A program made the position numbers and the translations under genes. This document shows, piece by piece, positions 26,880-36,446 of a stretch of DNA of 64,000 bases. How positions within the stretch are numbered: the first letter of the stretch is position 1; each line of letters begins with the position of its first letter. This stretch comes from Balanoglossus misakiensis (taxonomy: Eukaryota; Animalia; Hemichordata). The notes under the pieces were generated by a model. It was not told where the DNA came from, made no database searches, and saw only the letters and a list, made by a program, of their open reading frames with translations. Location of the stretch: the NCBI GenBank assembly GCA_040954595.2, contig CM082596.2, positions 7,018,791 to 7,082,790 of the forward strand, in the 5' to 3' direction.

Positions 26880-28140
26880 ACTCGAGGTTCTACCTTACAA
26901 AGTCTTATTTTTAGTCGATTCGATGATAATTTCTCATTAAAAATTAACAATTCTCGCTCTATAGCTCTCTCATATCATCAAGGTTCTTAAATAGGCAGTT
27001 TTATGCATAGCCGTGGTTCTTACCGAAAAATCGTGGTTCTTACGTTATGCAGCCCACAAAGTCAAAATTTTTCAAGGTTCTAACTTACAAAGTCTTAACT
27101 TTAGTTTATGCAATGATAATTTCTCATTAAAAATTAACAATTACCGCTCTCTGATATCATCAAGGTGCTTAGATAGGGAGTTTCATGCATAGCCGTGGTT
27201 CTTACCAAAAAATCGTGGTTCTTACCGAAAAATCGTGGTTCTTACGTTATACAGCCTACAAAGTCAAAAATTTTCAAGACTCTAGCTTACAAAGTCTTAA
27301 CTTTAGTTTATGCAATGATAATTTCTCTTTAAAAATTAACTATTCTCGCTCTATAGAACCTTGATGATCTCCGCCATGTATAAAATCCTATTTAAGAACC
27401 TTGATGATCTCCGCCATGTGTAAAATCCTATTTAAGAACCTTGATGATCTCCGCCATGTATACAATCCTATTTAAGAACCTTGATGATCTCCGCCATGTA
27501 TAAAATCCTATTTAAGAACCTTGATGATCTCCGCCATGTATAAAATCCTATTTAAGAACCTTGATGATCATCGCCATGTATAAAATCCTATTTAAGAACC
27601 TTGATGATATCGGCCATGTATAAAATCCTATTTAAGAACCTTGATGATCTCCGCCATGTATAAAATCCTATTTAAGAACCTTGATGATCTCCGCCATGTA
27701 TAAAATCCTATTTAAGAACCTTGATGATCTCCGCCATGTATAAAATCCTATTTAAGAACCTTGATGATCTCCGCCATGTATAAAATCCTATTTAAGAACC
27801 TTGATGATATCGGCCATGTATAAAATCCTATTTAAGAACCTTGATGATCTCCGCCATGTATAAAATCCTATTTAAGAACCTTGATGATCTCCGCCGAGGT
27901 CCTACCAAAAATTGAGGTTCTTACGTTTTACAGCCTAAAAAGTTAAAAATACTGATGTTCTAGCTTACAAAGAAAATATTTTTAGTCGATGTGATGATAA
28001 TTTCTCATTATTAATTAGCATCTATCGTAATTAATCTGTCCGATATCATCAAGGTTCTTAAATAGGATGTTATACATGGCCGATGTCATCAAGGTTTTCA
28101 GATGATAATTGCACATTAAAATTTACAAACTATCGTAATT
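26880..28140. repeat. Complex satellite with an approximately 190-200-bp unit, enclosing an inverted 40-bp array
   Basis: Units beginning 'aggttcta.cttacaaagtctta' at about 26885, 27075 and 27277, plus a diverged one near 27955, with internal 'cgtggttcttac' subrepeats. Confidence 0.8.
27355..27896. repeat. 40-bp minisatellite, about 13.5 near-identical copies (agaaccttgatgatctccgccatgtataaaatcctattta)
   Basis: Exact 40-bp periodicity read directly; no unique spacers. Confidence 0.95.
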
Positions 28141-29906
28141 TATCTCTCCAACCTCTCCTGACATGTACATGCCAAAATCACCCTTGGTGACGCCTCGATC
28201 TATTTAAAACACGTCACAGGGTGCCATTTTGAAGTCGTTCGCACTGAGTGCTGGCAGCTGGTCTCTGCACTTTCCACAATTTTCACCAGAAATCTCAAGT
28301 GTGCAAGGTAAGCTTGAGTCTTAAGATATCGGGGCACAAACGTATATATTTTATAAACACAAAGATTGTGTTAACGAGGGAGCCAATGGACCGAGAGACT
28401 TTCAGGTGCAGTGCACTAGTGGAATGGCATTGCAACACTTCCCTCTTTAAATCAGTCGCCATATTTGATAGCTTTCGCACTTTTGTGTCGCTGCTAGAAC
28501 AAACGAATTTGCAAACAATCCTGCACTAACAACAAGTAGGTAAGATTAAGATATGTCCGACTCGTAACAACCACAAATTTCTTAACCATTTTCCAGTGGG
28601 CTTGTGTGAATATTACTGGCTGGTTTGTATTTATTACACCTGTACCGATTACTGTTAAATTGTACAATAGTTATTATTCCTGCTCAAAGCCTACCGTGTG
28701 TATTATTACCGTACAATTGCAGAACAACTCGACAGTTAAAATCCGGGTGTGTGCAGGTAACCGAGAACATTATAAGGAAGTTGGTTAGGATTTTGGTGTT
28801 TCATATCTAGGTGTCAGACAGAATTTATCCAGGGCGGGGTGGCTGTTGGGGATGTTGACTTGTTCGCAAGAACTAGACAGGAACAAGTCTGTTTTCTCTC
28901 TCTCCAAAGAATGGCTTGTTTGAAGTCGGTACATATAAAGTTTACAACTAGAACCAAAAACCAAAAATACATGAGCTTTAGTTGCGACTTGTTCATCTAC
29001 TTTCTTTCTGGGTTATTTATGTCTAATTCCCTGCAAATCTCCGTTTATTAGACAATGTGTAGAATATCCAGGCATTGTCCCGCAATCCGTCCTGATGGCC
29101 GTATGGGTCACTAAACCTGATTATTAGCACAATAGTTAGTCCTCAAAAGTGGATTGTATTTAATGTTTTGTCAAGTGACGTACAGTGTATGTCTGTCATT
29201 TGCCCTGCTTTTAGGGAGACTTTTCGTACCAACAACAAACGTGTGATACTTGCCCCCCTCCCCCGCTAATGATTCTTGAGCCCTCAAGGAAGTAGAACCT
29301 ATTTTTCGAGACACGTAGCACCATCATTGGGAATTTATAACTTCAGTATCTTGGGCGTAAATCGCCCGGCAGGCTAAACAATTGGGATCAAAGTTTAAGA
29401 AGTCTGCTGCTGTGATTGACGAGAAATGCGGCTATTAAACAATCAGGACACTTTGGGTGAGGGAGACTGTTCTAGAGAGATCCATGTCAGTCTGCCTGCC
29501 TGCGGCGATGGCGTAGAAATTTTATTACCTAGATACAGCAAATATTACGATAATATTATGATTTTATTACATAGATATGAACATCGTATGATCAAGTAGA
29601 AGCCATTGAAATTTCTAATTTTAAATGATGACTCATTGTAAGAAAGCTGACTAATGGGATTTGTACAATATATATAAGAGTGATGTACACCTTTCTACAG
29701 ATTCAGATGGGAGATCGGATGAGATTCACATCGGAGCTTGATTATTAAAGACTTGGTTGAAGATTGGAACTTGAATACTTGGTGTCTGCCTCAGTTACTA
29801 AAAAGTATTACGATCCTGAGTGGTATCTCGACTGAACGGACTCCACGGACTGACAGTGAATGAGGGTCTAGGGTGAAGACGGCGACAAATTAGGAGCTGG
29901 TAACAC

Positions 29907-30027
29907 ATGTATGTATGTATGTATGTATGTATGTATGTATGTATGTATGTATGTATGTATGTATGTATGTATGTATGTATGTATGTATGTATGTATGTAT
30001 GTATGTATGTATGTATGTATGTATGTA

Positions 30028-30101
<74 letters not shown>

Positions 30102-30143
30102 GATGGATGGATGTATGTATGTATGGATGTATGTATGTATGTA
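29907..30143. repeat. Compound (ATGT)n-(GT)n-(ATGG)n microsatellite, probably intronic, upstream of the LRR-caspase coding exon
   Basis: Read directly. It produces the artefactual MYVC/CV prefix of ORF 29907-31127. An acceptor gtttacag lies at 30281-30288. Confidence 0.95.
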
Positions 30144-30293
30144 TTATCCTTAGCTCAACATTTGCTAAATCATCAGAAAGTTTCGCATTTGATTATATAC
30201 ATGAAAACACTGTCCAACAATATTTTGTTAGTTAGAGTTCTCATAATGGGAATAAACGTCAGAATTTGTCATGTTTATGTGTTTACAGGAATC

Positions 30294-32328
30294 ATGGAGG
30301 CAGTTTGGGACCAAACAGCTAAGAAGTTCGACTTCAGTGCCTCTCACGTCGGCAGTGTACCTGCAGACCTCTGGACAAAGTACAAGGACGCCAAAGTTGT
30401 GAACTTGTCAAGCAACAAACTACGAACACTGCCAGACCAGCTGAGGAAACTGACAAACGTCGAGGAGCTCTACCTTGACCACAACCAATTCGACTACTTT
30501 CCACGCGTCATCTGCCAGATGAAGAGTCTGAAAATACTCCATCTTGGATACAATAATATAAAATATATCCCGGTGGAGATTTCAAACTTGCAGCAGCTGC
30601 ATGAACTGAATCTATCGAACAATGAGATCGCTTTCATCCCACACGAGCTTTGTTCTCTTAAAGAGCTTCAGCGACTCGATCTACAAAGGAACAAGATAGT
30701 CAAGCTTCCTGACAATCTAGGGGAACTTGAGAAGCTACAAGTCCTACTGTTGTCAAATGGACATTCGACTGAGGATAAGAATCGACTGTCTGAACTTCCT
30801 GACAGCATATGCAAGTTGCAACGCCTGCAATCATTGGACGTCAGCGGAAATAAACTCACCACTCTGCCAATCGGCGTGCAGGAACTTAAATATTTGCACA
30901 CAGTCGATTTTTCCGACAATCCATTTTGCAATGGTGACCCCCTGCAGTGCCACCAGAGTCGCAAAAATGCTCAGATGTGTGTTGAAAAAGTCCTGCACTA
31001 TGTTTCATATAAATTTGAGCGATATTCTATGAGCAATAAACCACGAGGATTGGCTGTAATAATAAATAACCAACACTTCAAAGGCTTGCCCGAACGTGTC
31101 GGCACAGAACATGATGAGCGTAAGTAGCCATCAAAATATTATGAAACTTATAACATTTGTACGGCTTCATGACATTGTTTTTTCAAGATTGTTAAAGGCT
31201 CTACTGTTTTCACTACAGTGAACTTGATTTGAACCAATATATCTTTTAACGTAGTTGCTCTTGAGTTTACACTTGGATGACATGGAAGAGTATATTTGCG
31301 CCTAGAGTAAACCATAATATCGAAAGTTTGCAAAATAAGGACATTACTTCTGTTAAAAATTCTAATAGTACTTGAAGCATTCTCGATGTTGATAAGCTAC
31401 TAGTATATGACATTTTTGAAAATGAGGTAGTTTTTGCTCATCAGCTGTTCGTATTTTTGCAGGACGGCTGGTGGAGCTGTTTGGGAAATTGCATTTCACG
31501 GTAAAAGTACATCGTGACCAAAGCATTCAGCAAATGGACGACGTGATGCGGGATGCCAGTAGGAGCAGCCATGAAAAGCACGACTGCCTCGTAGTTTGCA
31601 TCATGTCTCATGGGGTTGGCGACAAGATCTTCGGCAGTGACGACCAAGGTATACATATACATGATCTAACAAGATGGTTCAAGGCAAGCATGTGCCTTTC
31701 CCTTGCTGGAAAACCGAAGATATTCTTCATTCAAGCGTGCAAGGGAAGCGAACGCATGACAGGAGTGACCACGGATGAGGCGTGTCCAGTTGACGCAATC
31801 ACCTTTCCGAACCAAACCCCGGATGTAGGAGATTTCCTCATAGGCATGTCGACGGTTCCAGGTTATGTTTCATACAGAGAACGTCGAACTGGAACTTGGT
31901 ATATCCAAACTCTAGTAGATGTAATGGAAAAGTATGCCAGCTACGAAACTCTCCCAGCTATTCTAGAAAGGGTTGCTAAACAAGTTGGCGAGATGTCGAC
32001 AGACAAGTCGGCAAAGAAGACGAAAACCAAAAGCAAGGCGGCAGAGAATACGAAAACCGGAAGCAAGACGACACAGAATACGAAAACCGGAAGCAAGACG
32101 ACACAGAATACGAAAACCGGAAGCAAGACGACACAGAATACGAAAACCGGAAGCAAGACGACACAGAATACGAAAACCGAAGACAAGACGGCTCAGAATA
32201 CGAAAACCGAAGACAAGACGGCTCAGAATACGAAAACCGAAGACAAGACGGCTCAGAATACGACAGCTGAAACTCAAATGTCATCGCATTTTAGCACCCT
32301 CAGAAAGAAGCTGTTCTTGACGTACTGA
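30294..32328 (+). CDS. LRR-caspase fusion (N-terminal LRRs + caspase-8-like C14A domain), about 563 aa, 2 coding exons
   Basis: Exon 30294-31119 (donor GTAAGT, phase 1) joins exon 31463-32328 (acceptor tttttgcag) in frame: ...GTEHDE-R-RLVELF. It has 8-9 LRRs, then YSMSNKPRGLAVIINN, R.GT..D, SHG (31606-31614), GKPKIFFIQACKG (QACKG at 31732-31746), DFL...ST.PGYVSYR...GTWYIQTL and a C-terminal STLRKKLF, as in caspase-8. Confidence 0.92.
32011..32262 (+). repeat. Coding 30-bp minisatellite (about 8.5 units; NTKTGSKTTQ / NTKTEDKTAQ) inside the caspase small subunit
   Basis: Exact 30-bp periodicity, in frame, between the last helix and QMSSHFSTLRKKL. Confidence 0.95.
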
Positions 32329-32516
32329 AGTCATCCAGACTGTAGCTAGGTGTTTCCCTAGTTTTTCTGCTCTTTGCAGCCAAACACTGGGTGTTTGACC
32401 AAGTAACACTAACATGTTTATCACATTTGACGAAACTATTTGAAAATCATTTACTATACTGTCCAGCTGCTGTTTGCAACTCACTGGAGTCGGAGGTGAC
32501 ATGTCAATGCAGCAAT

Positions 32517-32619
32517 CAATCTGATTAAAATCAGATGTAGGGAACGGCGACGTGGTTTTTATGCTGTCGCCTCACAAAAAAAACGTCGCCGTTCCCTACA
32601 TCTGATTTTAATCAGATTG
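32517..32619. mobile_element. 103-bp fold-back MITE with perfect 37-bp TIRs and a 9-bp target-site duplication (Mutator-like)
   Basis: Arms 32517-32553 and 32583-32619 are exact reverse complements; tgcagcaat occurs at both 32508-32516 and 32620-32628. Confidence 0.9.
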
Positions 32620-35600
32620 TGCAGCAATATGTATTAAGTCGTGTCCCATTTGGCCATTCACTCGTGAATTTCCATTTGGTTGGTGAAACATGAACCTTTA
32701 CCAATGTTAACACGATTACAACTATAAATTCAAATAATTGCATTTGCATAAAATTTTCAACATTCTTATCTCGGGGTACATTTATTGAACCCCCCTCTGA
32801 ACTGGTCATTTTGTTCTGTTCAGATGTACAGTATCAATTTCTCTCATGAAAGACAGCAAGTTCGTTTACTACGTTTTGGAGTTTGGCGGAATTGAATTGA
32901 ATTGAATGCAACACTACCAAAACTGCAGCAGCAAATTACGCGCTATTCAGCACAGTAAAAAAACGAGAAAATGTTCATAGTTGAGGGTCAAAAGTTTGTT
33001 TTTTTATCAGATGGCACACGTAATATTAAACCAGGGCGCATAATATACATATACTCTCTTTTCAAATTAACAGTTCAGAAATAGATTGAAGTCTTCCGAC
33101 AGTAAATGTAGATGCTTTTTCCGCTTGTTGCGAAATCTCGAAAAACGTGTTTATTACCGTACCATGAGTTGCTAGCCAAAATGCAAGTCAAAATGTGTTT
33201 GAAACTAGAATGGGGCGATGTATTGTTTGTCCAGTGTCACATGAGAATGCCCCCCCCCCCCCCCAGCTTAAAAACTCCCTAGCCACGCGAGATCTCACAA
33301 GGTCTCGTGGTGTTCGGAAAATGGCCTATTATACGAAGTATGAAAAAGATGAACTTACATGTACCAGGTAGTCCCGAGCAGTGCAAAGATAACGTACTGT
33401 CCGTAGCTTCACCATTATTTTTGCCGTCCAACAGGTTGAAGTTGACGTACAGGTTATCCTTCAGGTAGTTCATCATCATCGGCAATCAAGTTGTTACGTT
33501 GCTGCTGTTTTCTCTAAGCTATGGATATTTACAAATACTTTAGCCATCAAGCGCTGGTCAGCTAGGAGAACCGTGGCTATTTCGGACAGAACAGCATGTT
33601 TCTGTTGAAATAAACGTGGTTATATTCGCGTCAATAAAATTCGTGTCTTTCAATAAAAGCATCGTGCTCTATCAGTAAATTTTCACAGCACTAAGCCGAG
33701 CACTAGACATGGCAAAAATGGTAGAGGATAGCCAGCAGTTAAAACAGTTGAATTCAAGCCGCGATTCCACGCCCACTAAACACCACGTTTACCTTAGCGG
33801 TCACGCCCACCACGTGTAGGGAAGGATATTTACGTGTTTCAAACTTGTCGCCCAGTGCACGGCGATGCGATCCGAAATTCCCGAACAGAACAAGTGAAAG
33901 TTATCAGAGACTCGTCATAGATTACCTGTTTGCCTCTTTAAAGACCTTGGCACGCGATTTTCACTTGAATTTACGGAGCTGAGCTGCGCCGAACAGTGTC
34001 GATTTTGCGGCCATGCGGTAGACAGTATTGCGTAATGACCTGCACGATCTGTTTTTTTTTTTTGTTTGAGTATCATGTTGTCGTCAGCATTTCAGGTGCC
34101 ACATTGGCGATTAAAAATAACATCTCTGGTTCTTTACTTGTATAAATATATAAATTGTTGCCGGCAACGGAAGTAAACGGCATGACCTGGAGTGTGACCT
34201 TATTTACGCACAGCGCGGCCATTTTGTATTTGGTTCATCATATTTGCATGTAGGAACGCACTTGCAATAGTAGCCAGGTGTAAGAGGACTATACCACCTG
34301 TGCTCAGCGTGGTGGCCAATGTATACAGAGATTAAAAAAACAATATCCCAAAGTATTTATAAACCCACAGAAAGTTTGATATTCCTGTACAAACCTTTGA
34401 TAAGTCAATGAAGCCGATATAGTTACTTAATTTAAAATTTAGAATCTTAAAATTGCAAACATCTCGCACAACCCAAGATAGACGGCTAGCATTTTATTAT
34501 ATTGTAAAACTTCTCGCAGGGTCTACGGCCTGTTATACTGAAACAAACATATAGCATCATCATTAAATTTTTATTCATATATTAAAGTTTGTTGAAGTTG
34601 CATATACATGTACTACTAATTTAATACCATATAACCTTAGCTCTATCGTTACAAGTCAAGATACATTTAAATAAATACATAGATCATTAAAATTAAGTTT
34701 CTTTGAGATTTAAAATATTATCCCTATAAGGGGGCAAAGATACCAATGTATGTGTTTTTGTATATGTTTTATAAGAACAGTAAAGTCTTGATGAAACATA
34801 CACTGGACTGAAACTTACCAGCAACTGTACCCTCCAAATCAACATACGTGTATAATGAACTAACTTAGCCAGTCCCAGGTTTTGGTACTTGCAAGGTTCG
34901 ACTTTAGTATTACACCAGACGGTACTTTGCCCCTTCCATCAAGCAAAACTAAAAAATACACATTTCATCATCAAACCCATCGAATACTTCCTATACTTGA
35001 AAAACAACAATCCTTGTTAAGTTGAACGCATGCCCTTGTTTTTGACTATATGTACTTGTAACAAACCCTTAATCTCACCTTTTGAAATAATTTAGCAATT
35101 CAAATGAAAGTACGGGACACAGGCATTACCTGCATATATAGAAATAATAGAAATACATAACTGATATAAACTTACAAAATATAATGAAATACATCGTTAT
35201 AATGTTGATTTGACATAAAATCTTTACAACCTAGTTGTCACATTCCATAGAAAGTAGGTCCTAGAATAGAAGTAATTTTTTTATAGATAGTTTACCAAAA
35301 TAACACAGACTGGTGGATTATTTGCAGGAATTGAAATCCAAATTTTTTCTTGACATGCCTTCTGACAGTTGTAGTACCTTCATATCCGGGCAGGAAATGG
35401 CAAGACACAATTATACTTTATCAACTGAACTTTATCACAAAGTATCAAATAGCTGGTTTTTACTTGATTGATTGTACTAGCACTTTACTTAATTTGTGAT
35501 TGTTTCAATCAATGTTTGATTGCATAAGTGAGCATTGTTATCTGATTTTAATTGATTTATTGATTGATTGACGGTTGCCTGACTAACTGATTGACCCATT

Positions 35601-36446
35601 GGCTCACTGATCGATTACCAAGTAACTGTACTCAATCCCATGTTTATTTTTTTGCGTGTCCGTGCACCCAAGTGAAATTCTCTGATTTGAATAGATCTCC
35701 ACTTTCCATGGTAACAGGCTCAATTTGCATAGGTGATAGCTTGATAAAGACAGCTCCAACTAACATGGTTATGTCTAAGTAGACACCTGTAAACTTAATT
35801 GACAAACGCAACTATTTCAAAATTTTCTATACCAACCATTTCTGGTCTGGAATATCTAAAGCCCCAACAAGCCACTGAACTTACAAATATTTGAATAAAT
35901 ACAAGACTATATATGCAATATGGGAAAAATCTTTCACACGTCAAAGATTTGCCATTTTGCTTGCTGTGTCCAAATCTCAATACAGTGTACTGTTATATTT
36001 CAGTTGTTTAAAATTGTGTCGATCAGTCAAGTTGACACATTTAAATCTTGAGCACCTAAAGGTGTCATATTGTCAAGCAAATGCAAAATGTATGCTCAAA
36101 AGACATACCTGTATTTGAAGTCATAATGATTCTTTTTATGACATTACACTATTATTTCTGTTATATAATAGATCTTGTTTGAGAAGCAATGTTAGCTATT
36201 CAAAAACTCTTTACACCGACACCACAAAACACAGAAAAATGCTTTTGTAAGAATTAAAGTACTGTAATGAACAGGTCAATTATATTTCCGAAGAATATTT
36301 ATACTACGTAATACATTACATGCGTTGTAGTGTCCACTCAGAGAAAAATATCTGCTGTGTAGTATATATATCATCATACAAGCTAAGCTGTGAGAAAACC
36401 TTGCTTCCAAGCTTCTGAGATTAAAGGTCAACGACCTCCTTGACCT

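Noticed and set aside
27355-27896. CRISPR-like regular array
   Set aside because: The units are contiguous and near-identical with no unique spacers, there are no cas genes, and the context is eukaryotic. It is a minisatellite.
29701-29900. Possible upstream coding exon (death-fold prodomain) for the caspase
   Set aside because: It has an acceptor-like start but stops in all three frames; at most it is a 5'UTR exon.
29907-30293. N-terminal MYVC/CV extension of the 406-aa ORF and the overlapping ORFs 29911 and 29915
   Set aside because: These are translations of a microsatellite. An acceptor at 30288 and ATG at 30294 mark the real coding start.
31941-32320. Repetitive ORFs in alternative frames and strands
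   Set aside because: Shadows of the stop-free 30-bp coding repeat in the caspase.
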